Of a DNA stretch of 64,000 bases, positions 48,311-58,072 are shown piece after piece. The notes under the pieces are model-generated. The model saw nothing but the letters and a program-made list of their open reading frames with translations. It did no database searches and had not been told where the DNA came from. This stretch comes from Alkalispirochaeta sp. Lineage in GTDB: Bacteria; Spirochaetota; Spirochaetia; DSM-27196; Alkalispirochaetaceae. Made by a program: the position numbers and the translations under genes. The stretch spans positions 1-64,000 of the forward strand of contig CBDESZ010000031.1 of NCBI GenBank assembly GCA_965242725.1. The letters run 5' to 3'. How positions within the stretch are numbered: the stretch's first letter is position 1; each line of letters opens with the position of its first letter.

Positions 48311-50110
48311 ATGTTAAAAAGAAGAGTGTGGTTGCTGAGTATTGCTGTTGCAATACTCGCGGTTATCGGGTGTGCGAACCCCTTCACCGGAGAAAACGTC
48401 GAGACCAACGGGGACGGAGATGTCGGGGGCGCCTCAATATCAGTATCCGTCGGTGGAAGCCCCGGCGGGGCGTTCAGTACATCATCGATCAGCGATGATC
48501 CCGAGGTCGATTGGGTCCAGATCATCGTATATGACCAGGACGATGCATATGTTACGGACGAGACGCTGTACTTTGACGGAGAATCGTGGAGCGGGACGAT
48601 TACGGGACTCCCTACGGGACTCCTGACGTTTGTCGCTCACGGCGTCTCGGAAATTCAGGTAGGCGAATATGACTGGTGGGAAGAGGTCCTCTATTTTGGT
48701 GAAGCCGACCGAAATATCGATCCCGGTCAAAACGGAACGCTCACCATCGCGGCCGGTTCCGTTGCCGACCTCGTCGCCAACGTGACGGTCACCGATATAC
48801 CGACAGATATGGGGGTGTTCGGGGCCTTCATCGGCCTCGTCGGGACCGATTTTGACCTCCAGACTGACATCATCGACCCATATGTCGCGTCCGGATATGA
48901 CGAGGAGGCGCTTGATAACGCGGCGTCCCAGGTTTTTGTTGCCGGGAGCGAAGTTCCCGTCAGCGGCAGCTCGGTTACGGTCAACCTCTTTGATTTTTCC
49001 GGTACCTGGCCGTGGAAGGAAATCGGCGAGTATAACGTCGTTGTGATGCTGGAAATGGAAAACGGTTCGTTTCTGCCCGGAAATATCGCGGAGGGTGAGT
49101 TTGTTCCGTATCTGGGTACTGTGACGATGACTGATCCCGGTTACACGGGAAGCGTCTCCCTTTCAGGAGCAACTACCTACAAGGACTTTTTTGAAGTACT
49201 TGCTGCCGGTTCAAGCATCACCGTTGATGTAAGTAATATCGATACGGGCAGTTTCGTTCGTAATACCGGATATGAAGGTTCTTCGCTGTTCCTGGGTGCA
49301 GCGATATTCGACGCGTCGACGGTCCTCATTGATCAGCTGACCGGGGAAGTCGATCAAAGTATTGAACCTGTTGCTATGGGATTTACAACGATTTCCGTCG
49401 AAGACACCGCGGCGTCCTTCGTGATCTGGGACGGGACTATCGATGGCGGTGACGGAGAGGACGATGGACCTCCCATGCCGTGGCTCGGTACACCGGGAGA
49501 CTACGTTGTCTATTTGATCATTGGTGCCCCCGAATCGGGACTCATGTATCTCGGTAGTCAGTATGACGAGTCGTTTGAAATGGATGTGCCCTACGACTTT
49601 CCCGTTACCCTTGTGGAGATTCCGGACACCTGGGAGATCGATGCGACGGGAGTCGATTTCAATTATTCCCTGACATCTGTCGACTTCGACGTAACCGATT
49701 CGGCTCTCACCGGTGATGCCTATGGATATATGGAGTTTGAGTTCTATTCCGGTAATTCCGAGTACGGGTACAATACCGATGTCACCCTCTATCCGTCGGC
49801 AGAGACGTACATACCCGAGGCGTACTTCTGGTTCAACGACAATAGCGATACCATAGCGCTGGATGCAGGAACGTACACCCTGAATGAACTGGGCGGCCCG
49901 ATGACCCTTGAAGAGGTTGAGTTCGGTATCGATGATTACACCTGGATCGGGTCCTGGTCCGGTGAGATTGTGTCGGGAAACGTAACGGTAACGGAGACCG
50001 ACGGCACATATACCTTTACCTGGACCTTTACGACTTCCGGAGACGAAACGATATCGGGAAGCTACACCGGCAATGTCGACGCCGAATACGTCGAGTCAGC
50101 GCAATCGTAG
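48311..50110 (+). CDS. Highly acidic multi-domain beta-sandwich lipoprotein
   Basis: Lipobox AVIGC; GAGGAG SD; beta-strand pattern throughout. Confidence 0.8.
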   Translation: MLKRRVWLLSIAVAILAVIGCANPFTGENVETNGDGDVGGASISVSVGGSPGGAFSTSSISDDPEVDWVQIIVYDQDDAYVTDETLYFDGESWSGTITGLPTGLLTFVAHGVSEIQVGEYDWWEEVLYFGEADRNIDPGQNGTLTIAAGSVADLVANVTVTDIPTDMGVFGAFIGLVGTDFDLQTDIIDPYVASGYDEEALDNAASQVFVAGSEVPVSGSSVTVNLFDFSGTWPWKEIGEYNVVVMLEMENGSFLPGNIAEGEFVPYLGTVTMTDPGYTGSVSLSGATTYKDFFEVLAAGSSITVDVSNIDTGSFVRNTGYEGSSLFLGAAIFDASTVLIDQLTGEVDQSIEPVAMGFTTISVEDTAASFVIWDGTIDGGDGEDDGPPMPWLGTPGDYVVYLIIGAPESGLMYLGSQYDESFEMDVPYDFPVTLVEIPDTWEIDATGVDFNYSLTSVDFDVTDSALTGDAYGYMEFEFYSGNSEYGYNTDVTLYPSAETYIPEAYFWFNDNSDTIALDAGTYTLNELGGPMTLEEVEFGIDDYTWIGSWSGEIVSGNVTVTETDGTYTFTWTFTTSGDETISGSYTGNVDAEYVESAQS

Positions 50111-50121
50111 TACCTTTTGTG

Positions 50122-50158
50122 CGCAGGCATGCCCGACGGCATGCCTGCGTTGTTCTCT
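50122..50158. terminator. Terminator hairpin between convergent genes
   Basis: CGCAGGCATGCC-CGAC-GGCATGCCTGCG then TTGTTCTCT. Confidence 0.8.
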
Positions 50159-50200
50159 GTTGCAGCCGGGTCAGAGCTGCGGAACTGATCGAACGTCCGG

Positions 50201-51373
50201 TTAATCCGCCGCCCGCTCCGCCAGCTTGTAGATCTTTTCCACATCTCCGGCATCAAGTTTGAAGTTGCCCAGTTTTCCAAAGTGGACCGCCGCTTCCGCC
50301 ATTTTTCTGTAGCGGTTGTCCGTAACGCCGAGCTCGGCGAGGGTGGTGGGCATACCGATACGGCGAAAAAACGCGGTGAGGCGGGCGATGCCCTCGTTAA
50401 TGACGCCTTCCTCGTCTTCCGCGCGGTATTCAACGTCCCACACGCGTACGGCAAACTGAATGAAGCGCTGCCGGGCGCGGGAGGAGACGTAGCGCATCCA
50501 TGCGGGAAAGACGACCGCCAGGCCGGCGCCGTGGGTGACGTCGTACTGAGCGGAAAGCTCGTGCTCTATGCGATGACTCGCCCAGTCCTCTTTACGACCC
50601 GTTCCAAGCAAGCCGTTGTGTGCGATGGTGCCGGCCCACATGATCTCCGCACGGGCGGCGTAGTTGTCCGGCTGGTCGAGGACGATGGGAGCGTTTCTTA
50701 TCACCGTCCGGAGCGTCGCCTCGCAGAGGTGGTCGGTAAAGTCGACATTCGGCTCGGGGGTGAAGTAGCGCTCCATGACGTGGGACATGATGTCGGTGAC
50801 GCCTGCCGCAGTCTGGTACGGCGGCAGGGTGAACGTGAGTTCCGGGTTGAGTATTGCAAAACGGGGACGAAGGATGTCGTCGTTCACCGCAAACTTCTGC
50901 ACCGTGTCTTCCCGTGAAATAACCGACCCCATGCTCGCCTCACTTCCGGCGGCAGGGATGGTAAGGACCACACCAAGGGGCAGGGCGGCGACGGGGACGG
51001 CGGCACCTGTGTAAAAGTCCCACACGTCGCCGTCGTATTTCACTCCCGCGGCGATCGCCTTGGCGGAGTCGATAACGCTGCCTCCGCCGACGCACAGAAT
51101 GGCGTCCACCCCTTCGGTGCGGCACAGGGTGATGCCTTCATTGACGAGGGTGAGTCGCGGATTGGGAAGGACTCCTCCCAGTTCCACGTAGGAGACACCG
51201 GCGGCGTCGAGGGAGGCGGTGACCTCTCCGAAGAGGCCGCTCTTTTTGACGCGGTCGCTTCCGTAATGGATGAGGACCTTGTTTCCGATGGCGGCGGTCT
51301 CCGCTCCGACGCGTCCCTGCGTCTCCCGTCCAAAGATTATTTTGGTTGGCGATTGAAATGTGAAATTCTGCAT
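50201..51373 (-). CDS. Iron-containing alcohol dehydrogenase (butanol dehydrogenase Bdh/YqhD-like)
   Basis: PNPRL, GGGSVIDSAK, DWASHRIEHELS, THGAGLA. Confidence 0.93.
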   Translation of the reverse strand: MQNFTFQSPTKIIFGRETQGRVGAETAAIGNKVLIHYGSDRVKKSGLFGEVTASLDAAGVSYVELGGVLPNPRLTLVNEGITLCRTEGVDAILCVGGGSVIDSAKAIAAGVKYDGDVWDFYTGAAVPVAALPLGVVLTIPAAGSEASMGSVISREDTVQKFAVNDDILRPRFAILNPELTFTLPPYQTAAGVTDIMSHVMERYFTPEPNVDFTDHLCEATLRTVIRNAPIVLDQPDNYAARAEIMWAGTIAHNGLLGTGRKEDWASHRIEHELSAQYDVTHGAGLAVVFPAWMRYVSSRARQRFIQFAVRVWDVEYRAEDEEGVINEGIARLTAFFRRIGMPTTLAELGVTDNRYRKMAEAAVHFGKLGNFKLDAGDVEKIYKLAERAAD

Positions 51374-51444
51374 GGAGAGATTGTCTCACTTCCCTGTGTA
51401 CGGTGCAAGCGCCCGAATATGAGGCGCCTGATGTACGGGGGTGC

Positions 51445-52470
51445 CTATTCGTTGGCGAGGATCGCCTCGATTTCCGCTACCGCTTCTTCACCAAAAAACA
51501 TTTGAAGCAGCGTCTTATTGACGTTGAGCTGGCCGTCCACGAAACCCCGGTTATAACCATCTTCAGGCGGTTCGCTCAATGCCTGCCGGATGATCTCGAT
51601 TTCGAGGTAGCTTCGAAGCTGACCCATTTCCGTCGCGGGCGGATAGTATTCGCTGGTGGTGAAGAGAGGCCTGTTTTCCTCATCCTCGGAGGCGAGCATT
51701 TCAGATGCGGTGTTACCGTGAGGCAGCAACTCCGTCAGGATGAGCAGTGCTCCGAGGTTTTCTCCGTCCTTTGCCGCGAAGGGGGCAATATCGAGGATGA
51801 TGCTTTTCACATCGTTGAGATGGGAGAGAATTTTATGCTCGCCCACTGAACCCGACTTGTCTTCCGTGAGGACAGCGGAGATGTGGGTGCGGACCATTTC
51901 CGCCGCGCGCGTATCCCGTATGATCACCACCTCGCCGACGGGCCGACCCCACGATTCCTTGGTGGTGAGGCCGATTATGCGTTTTGCCCGATTATTGAGG
52001 TAGCGTACCTTCAACTCCCGGTCAACAACGACAACGCCGTGGGGAAGGGCCTTGAGAATTGAGACGAAGCGTTCCACATTGCGTTCACGTATTTGATCCC
52101 GTCCGTGACGATACCACGCGATTCGCAGGGCGCTCTCCAGCTGCTGTTCCTGGATCGGCTTGAGGAGGTAGGCGTAGGGCTCCGTGATCATCGCCCGCCT
52201 GAGGATTTCGTCACCGGAATACGCCGTGAGAAATATGATGGGTATGTCCGTCGATTTGCGAATCGTCGTTGCCGCTTCCACCCCGTCCATGGCTCCATGC
52301 AGGCGGATATCCATGAGGATGAGATCGGGATTGAGACGATGGGCCATGGTAATCGCCTGTTCTCCGTTGTCAACGACGCCGACGACGGTATGGCCGAGGC
52401 GTTCAAGGTTCTCCTGCAACTCCATGGATACGAGACCTTCGTCTTCTACGATAAGGACATTCTTGCTCAC
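51445..52470 (-). CDS. Response regulator (REC-PAS, unknown C-terminal tail)
   Basis: VEDE, LMDIRL, FLTA, LLKP; PAS ALPHGVVVVD..NNRA. Confidence 0.88.
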   Translation of the reverse strand: MSKNVLIVEDEGLVSMELQENLERLGHTVVGVVDNGEQAITMAHRLNPDLILMDIRLHGAMDGVEAATTIRKSTDIPIIFLTAYSGDEILRRAMITEPYAYLLKPIQEQQLESALRIAWYRHGRDQIRERNVERFVSILKALPHGVVVVDRELKVRYLNNRAKRIIGLTTKESWGRPVGEVVIIRDTRAAEMVRTHISAVLTEDKSGSVGEHKILSHLNDVKSIILDIAPFAAKDGENLGALLILTELLPHGNTASEMLASEDEENRPLFTTSEYYPPATEMGQLRSYLEIEIIRQALSEPPEDGYNRGFVDGQLNVNKTLLQMFFGEEAVAEIEAILANE

Positions 52471-54062
52471 TCTTTTCCTCCGTCGGTTCCTACGGGTATG
52501 TGGAACCGAAAACGGGTGCCGCCGGTCCGGCGCAGTTTGAAGGTTGCTCCCAGCTGCTTTGCCAGGACCTTGATGATACGAAACCCTAATGTATCGGGCG
52601 AGGTTACGTCTACCGTGGAGGGAATGCCGACTCCATCGTCTCCCACAACGAGAATATACGCCTCTTCATCGCTCTTCGTCATCTTGACGAGAACCGTCCC
52701 CTCCGACCGTCCTTTGAAAGCGTGTTTAAAGGTGTTGGTGAGAATCTCATTGGTGATAAGCGCACAGGGTACGGCGATGTCTATGGGGAGTGTGATTCCG
52801 TCCGCATCGATTTTCACCGTCAGGGAAAGGTCCTTATGTGCAAGGGATGCGACGAGACCGTCTACCAGCCTCTTGAAATAGTCCTGCGCATCCACGGCGG
52901 CGAGGTCCTGGGAGCGATAAAGGCGGTCGTGCACGAGAGAGAGGGAGTGGACACGTCGTCGAATATCATCGATAACCTCCCTCGCGCGGGCATCGCCTAT
53001 CCTGTTTGCGTTGAGTCCCATGAGACTGGATATGACCTGGAGGTTGTTCTTTACCCGGTGGTGTATTTCATCGAGCATCGCTTCTTTTTCCTTGATCGAC
53101 GCCCGCAGACGCTGCTCCAGTGCTTCACGGCGATCGATCTGCTCCTGGAGGGATATGTTTGTCCGCTTGAGTTCCGCAGTACGCTCCCGTACCCGGTCCT
53201 CCAGCTGGTCGTGGGCCCGCTGCAGAGCTTCTTCAGCGCGGCGCTGTTCCGTCACGTCTGATGCGATGATGACGATGGAGACAATTCCCTCGTCGCTGAC
53301 TGTATGTATCTGGACCGTCACCTTTTTGTCGTTGTGGTCAAAGAGGAGCGGGCCGGCGGTTCCGTTTTCCAGGGCACTGATAACGGCACCGGGGAGGTCG
53401 GCTCCGGCGTCATCGGTAAAGAGGGAGTACAGGTCGGTCGAGAGAAGTTCCTCCTCGGTTTTTCCGAGAAGGTCGGCTGCTGCGGGATTTACGAAGATGA
53501 TCCGTCCCTCCCTTGTCGTTTCGATGATCGATTCAACCATGTTGTTGAGAATGAGTTCGAAATGGCGTTTTGTGGAAAGAAGTTCCCGGGTGATCTCCCG
53601 CTTGTACAGGTTTTCCACTCCGTAGACGCCGCCGGGGCGGGTGCGGGTTATCGTTGTACCAAGCTGGCGCAGAACTGAAAGAACGATTTCGCCCTGTGTC
53701 TTGAAGGGACCTTTTGCGATACACGCGTCAAAACCCCATGAGAGATAATCGATCTCTTCTTCCGATGATATCGCCGAGAGAACGATGAGATAGGTTTCTG
53801 CGAAACGGGATTGACTGCGAATGACCTGACCCAGTTTGTCGCCGCTGATATTGGGCATAATCAGGTCAATGAACATGATGTCAGGAACAAACGACTCCAG
53901 TATCGCCAGCGCGTCCAGACCGTCTGCAGCGGTGGTCACGGTGATTCCCTCATTTTCAAGAAGGATTTTCATGAATGTGCACACCCCCGGATCGTTGTCA
54001 ACGACGAGGGCGGTGCGAATTGTATCGTCAAGTCTGGTATGCTCTGTTGTGGTGGCGGACAC
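52467..54062 (-). CDS. Cytoplasmic hybrid histidine kinase (REC-PAS-HisKA_2-HATPase)
   Basis: EIHHRVKNNLQ, NEILTNTFKHAF, DDGVG, LG..II. Confidence 0.9.
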   Translation of the reverse strand: MSATTTEHTRLDDTIRTALVVDNDPGVCTFMKILLENEGITVTTAADGLDALAILESFVPDIMFIDLIMPNISGDKLGQVIRSQSRFAETYLIVLSAISSEEEIDYLSWGFDACIAKGPFKTQGEIVLSVLRQLGTTITRTRPGGVYGVENLYKREITRELLSTKRHFELILNNMVESIIETTREGRIIFVNPAAADLLGKTEEELLSTDLYSLFTDDAGADLPGAVISALENGTAGPLLFDHNDKKVTVQIHTVSDEGIVSIVIIASDVTEQRRAEEALQRAHDQLEDRVRERTAELKRTNISLQEQIDRREALEQRLRASIKEKEAMLDEIHHRVKNNLQVISSLMGLNANRIGDARAREVIDDIRRRVHSLSLVHDRLYRSQDLAAVDAQDYFKRLVDGLVASLAHKDLSLTVKIDADGITLPIDIAVPCALITNEILTNTFKHAFKGRSEGTVLVKMTKSDEEAYILVVGDDGVGIPSTVDVTSPDTLGFRIIKVLAKQLGATFKLRRTGGTRFRFHIPVGTDGGKE

Positions 54063-54102
54063 GGGACTACCTTCCTAACGTAATAATCGACAAATCATCC
54101 CA

Positions 54103-56097
54103 CTACCTGAAAGCCCGGCGTTTCCGGGTGAGGAAACCGAGTATTTCGTCACTACCCTGGGGAGGGCCTATATGGGAACCGAGCAGAAAATCGATACGTT
54201 CCTTGGCAAGGGCTTCCGCCTGAATGAGGTTATCCACCCCTTCCGCGGTGAGCGATCGACCGAGGTTCTTGAAGAGAGAGACGGTACCCCGAAGCACGCT
54301 GCGGCCTCTCGGCGTACCCAGACCGGCGTGGACGATCTTCTTATCTATATTCACTTCCGAAAAGGGCATCTCCAGTATCTGTTCAAAATTTGTGTAGTCC
54401 GAACCGTAGCTGCCGAGGGCAAACCGGATACCCGCGGCGGTAAGATGCCCCATCTGTCGTCGCAGGTGTTCACCGCCTTCCACAACTGTTCGTTCCGTTA
54501 TTTCCAGGCAGACGTGGTCCGGCGGCATATGAAGCTCGGCGATGATGCCGAGTATATTCTCCGTCCAATGGGGTTCCACGCAAAAGGAGGGGAAGAGGGG
54601 AAGACGCAACTCTCCGATTCCATATGACCGCATATCATTGTCCACAAACCACAGGCACGCGCGCTGTATCAGAAGCCTGTTGAGCTCCGCCCCCCGTCCA
54701 AATGCCTGCACGGTGCGGACCAGTTCCTGCCGGTCGATGAGGGACAGTCCCGGGCCCATCGACTGCGACCGGGACGGCTGATAATGGCCGATCGGTACGG
54801 GAATACAGACGCTCGTGTCGAGGGTGGTTATACGTTTCTGGGCGGTACCGTATACGGGAAGAAAGACGAGATCAACGTCCCGGTCTGAGATAAAGCGCTG
54901 AAGGTGATCAAAGATGATCTCCTCATGGCTTGTGCGTTGTCGGTGTGCTGTCAGGATCTCATTGTCAATTTTCACGTCCGAATCCGATCGGGTATAGTGT
55001 GAACGGCGGGCGGTCCTCTCAATATGTTCCAGGAGCTCTGCCGGATCAGGAGGAGAGGATGCGGAACGGTAGATCGCGACATTGACGGGTATATCGATCT
55101 GGAGGGGACCGATGGTCCACGGATGGGACGACCGCGCGGTGATGTCATTTGCGAGCGTGTCCGTCCACCGTTCCGATTTCTTGAGCGGCGGGAGTACCGC
55201 AAAAAGACCGTCGTTGAGAATACAACAGAATGCCCCTTTTCCCGCCTGCTCCCGGAGCCACGATGAATAGGCATTTACGATCGCCATAGACGTTTCAATG
55301 TCAAACAGACCCTGGAGTTCACCCATTTCCCGTGAATAGACTACAAGAAACGAGAATTCCCGTTCCTCCCGGTATGAGAGATGCAGCAGATCGATAAAGG
55401 CGTCCCTGTTGTATAAACCTGTCTGACCGTCCCGAAATTCCCGGGCATTTTGTATCGTGAAAAGAATAAAAAGAATGCTCATCGACGCAGAAAAACTTTC
55501 GAGGATGAGACCGCGGAAGATATTCTGGAAGATAATTGCACCTATCGGTACGAGCAGGGCGACGTTGTAATATTTTGAGTGGCGGGCGGGTATCTCCGAC
55601 CGCCGGGAAAAAATCGCGACAAAGGAAATGAAAAAATATATGCCGCCCACTGTATAAAGAGCAGGCATAAACGGTCCGTGTCGGTATGCTGCGATGCCGT
55701 TGACTTCCTGAACCGAAAAGAGGATTCCCGTCCCGATATTGACGACGATGAGAAATAACGATACCGACCACGGAAGGGTGAGGAGGATTCTGAAGGGGCG
55801 TTTCTTTGGGTATTCCCCGGCGGCGTACAGAACGTACATCGCCACCAGCGGCGGAATCGAGTTGTGAAAGAGATAGTATACAGTCGTGGTACCGATGACC
55901 CACATCGGGGAAATCGCCGGCAGGAGATTGATAAAAATGGTGCTGACGGTATCAAAGACGGTGCTTCCCAGAACCAGCCAGATGATACCGCTGAATCTCC
56001 GACCCCGGGAGTCGGGCACCGCTTTCTGGCTGTAATATATCGTGAGAGACAGGAGGGTTATGACGATACCTGCGACACTGAAGTGAACTACGTACAT
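54103..56097 (-). CDS. 7TM membrane protein with degenerate GGDEF and degenerate EAL domains
   Basis: DGQTGLYNR; LNDGLF replaces GGDEF; TLDTSV replaces EAL; GSYGSDY replaces DDFGTGY. Confidence 0.82.
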   Translation of the reverse strand: MYVVHFSVAGIVITLLSLTIYYSQKAVPDSRGRRFSGIIWLVLGSTVFDTVSTIFINLLPAISPMWVIGTTTVYYLFHNSIPPLVAMYVLYAAGEYPKKRPFRILLTLPWSVSLFLIVVNIGTGILFSVQEVNGIAAYRHGPFMPALYTVGGIYFFISFVAIFSRRSEIPARHSKYYNVALLVPIGAIIFQNIFRGLILESFSASMSILFILFTIQNAREFRDGQTGLYNRDAFIDLLHLSYREEREFSFLVVYSREMGELQGLFDIETSMAIVNAYSSWLREQAGKGAFCCILNDGLFAVLPPLKKSERWTDTLANDITARSSHPWTIGPLQIDIPVNVAIYRSASSPPDPAELLEHIERTARRSHYTRSDSDVKIDNEILTAHRQRTSHEEIIFDHLQRFISDRDVDLVFLPVYGTAQKRITTLDTSVCIPVPIGHYQPSRSQSMGPGLSLIDRQELVRTVQAFGRGAELNRLLIQRACLWFVDNDMRSYGIGELRLPLFPSFCVEPHWTENILGIIAELHMPPDHVCLEITERTVVEGGEHLRRQMGHLTAAGIRFALGSYGSDYTNFEQILEMPFSEVNIDKKIVHAGLGTPRGRSVLRGTVSLFKNLGRSLTAEGVDNLIQAEALAKERIDFLLGSHIGPPQGSDEILGFLTRKRRAFR

Positions 56098-58025
56098 GTG
56101 ATGTCCTGCTTCGCGAGAAAGGAGAGGAAGTCGTCACGGGACAGGGCTCTGGAGAAATAATAACCCTGGACGAGGGAAATCCCGAGCGAGCGGACGAGGT
56201 CCAGCTGATCCTGCGTTTCCACTCCCTCCGCGACGACGGGGATTTTCATTCCCCGAAAGGTGGAAAGGAGTTCCCGAACACCGTTGTATACCGTACCGGA
56301 TTGTTTCATGCGTATGATGAGAGAGCGATCGAGTTTTATCAGGCGGATGGGAAAGTCGAGAAGGACGCCGATGTTTGAATATCCCGTACCGAAGTCATCT
56401 ATCGCAACGGGGAATCCCATCTTTGCCGTTCCGCCGATATTCTCCTTCATCAGATCCGGGAAAAGGGCTGCCGCCGTTTCGGTGATTTCGGGGCAGATAT
56501 CCCGTGGCGACAAGCCATGTCGCTGTACGGCTCTCAGGAGAGAGGTCGTGATATCCGGTTGGATACACTGCAGCGTCGAAATGTTGATTTCCATGTAGTC
56601 AAGACGGAAGCCGCTCTGCCTGAGATGCTTCAGGAAGCGGCACGCCTCCTCCATAACGTACGAACCTATGGCGTTAATGCTGCCGTTGCCCTCGGAAATA
56701 GGAATAAACTCTCCGGGTGAGATTGAACCGAGCTGGGGATCATGCAATCGAATGAGAGCTTCCGCCGATACGACTGCGTTGGATTCTACATCGACAATAG
56801 GCTGAAAATGCAGTTCAAATCCGTCGGAATCAAGCGCCCGCCATACCGCCTGAGCAACGTCGATCCGCCGTTGTGTATCCGACAGGGGGAGATCGGAAAA
56901 GCGGTATATCCGCGAAGTGTTGCCTGGTGATTCTTTTCGACGCAGCTGTCCATATGCGTGAAATATCTGCCGCGTGTCTTCAGTTTCTTCGGGGAAATTG
57001 ATTTCACAGATATTGGCGACGACCATGATGTCCCGGTCTTCGAGATGTACGGGAGAGTTGAAATACCGGAGAAGTTCATCGTGAGTTCTCGCCGAAGGGT
57101 GAGTCGTCCCCTTCCGTACCGGTAGAATCAACGCAAAGTTGCCGGAGGTGAACTGGGCGGCAAAGCGTTCCGGTTTTTGGGGGAGAAAGAGATCGGTGGC
57201 GATCTTCTGCTCCAGATTGTGATATCGGACGGGGCCGAGGGCGCGCCGCAGGTAGTCTCCTCCGGCAAGAGAAATGAGATACAGGGTAAAAGGCGTCCGG
57301 GTACGGTGAAGCAGACCGACCTGAGCGGAGAGGCCGTCCTGATTGTACAGACTGCCTCCCTGATAGATATACCGTCCGAAATCCTGCACCGTCAGAAGGA
57401 TGATAGATTCGGCAATTGCAATACCGAAGTTCTGGACAAGAAGGTCGGGATTGATGAACTGTATGATCGCCGGGCCGAACGGAACGAACAGAAAGAAGTA
57501 GACGGCGGTACGGGTGGCGAGATCGACGCGTTTGCGTTGGGAAAGAAGGCTGATAAGGGTAAGAACGATGTAGATCAGCACCACGCCATAGAGAATGTAC
57601 TGTCCGGGACCCCTGGAATATCCCGATACCGGGTCAATGAGGTACACAAGGCCGGTAACGGGTGACGTGACGATGATAGCGATGCTGCATAACCACGGCA
57701 GGTAACTGAGTATCTTCCTCAGTGCCGGTGTCGTCGGCGGGCGGACACCGAGGGTCAACACAAATAGAAAGAATACCGGCGTGATCGAGTTCTGTCCGAG
57801 GAAGTAAAGGACATTTACGATGTGGTGAAAAGCAAGGGGGTAGGATGTGCCGTATGTATTGGTAACTACCGTAACGATATCCAAAACGGTGGTGAAGAGG
57901 CTTATATACAGCAATGTCGCCATCACCTTGGTCTGTGGGTTGTAGAGCCGGCTTCGCGTGGAGAAGATGAAGAGGTTTATGAGATTGATGATAATGGCAG
58001 CTACATCGTAGTAGATTATACCCAC
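56088..58025 (-). CDS. 7TM membrane c-di-GMP phosphodiesterase (intact EAL, degenerate GGDEF)
   Basis: AEALIR, INIS, EITET, IDDFGTGYS, IKLD, AEGVE, QGY. Confidence 0.88.
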   Translation of the reverse strand: MGIIYYDVAAIIINLINLFIFSTRSRLYNPQTKVMATLLYISLFTTVLDIVTVVTNTYGTSYPLAFHHIVNVLYFLGQNSITPVFFLFVLTLGVRPPTTPALRKILSYLPWLCSIAIIVTSPVTGLVYLIDPVSGYSRGPGQYILYGVVLIYIVLTLISLLSQRKRVDLATRTAVYFFLFVPFGPAIIQFINPDLLVQNFGIAIAESIILLTVQDFGRYIYQGGSLYNQDGLSAQVGLLHRTRTPFTLYLISLAGGDYLRRALGPVRYHNLEQKIATDLFLPQKPERFAAQFTSGNFALILPVRKGTTHPSARTHDELLRYFNSPVHLEDRDIMVVANICEINFPEETEDTRQIFHAYGQLRRKESPGNTSRIYRFSDLPLSDTQRRIDVAQAVWRALDSDGFELHFQPIVDVESNAVVSAEALIRLHDPQLGSISPGEFIPISEGNGSINAIGSYVMEEACRFLKHLRQSGFRLDYMEINISTLQCIQPDITTSLLRAVQRHGLSPRDICPEITETAAALFPDLMKENIGGTAKMGFPVAIDDFGTGYSNIGVLLDFPIRLIKLDRSLIIRMKQSGTVYNGVRELLSTFRGMKIPVVAEGVETQDQLDLVRSLGISLVQGYYFSRALSRDDFLSFLAKQDITCT

Positions 58026-58031
58026 ATTAAA

Positions 58032-58060
58032 ACTCTATTCTGTTTGATTTTTTTATGCAA
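58032..58060 (-). promoter_or_regulatory. Putative sigma70 promoter giving a leaderless mRNA
   Basis: TTGCAT-N17-TAGAGT-N6-GTG(58025). Confidence 0.55.
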
Positions 58061-58072
58061 TCGGAGCTGCCC

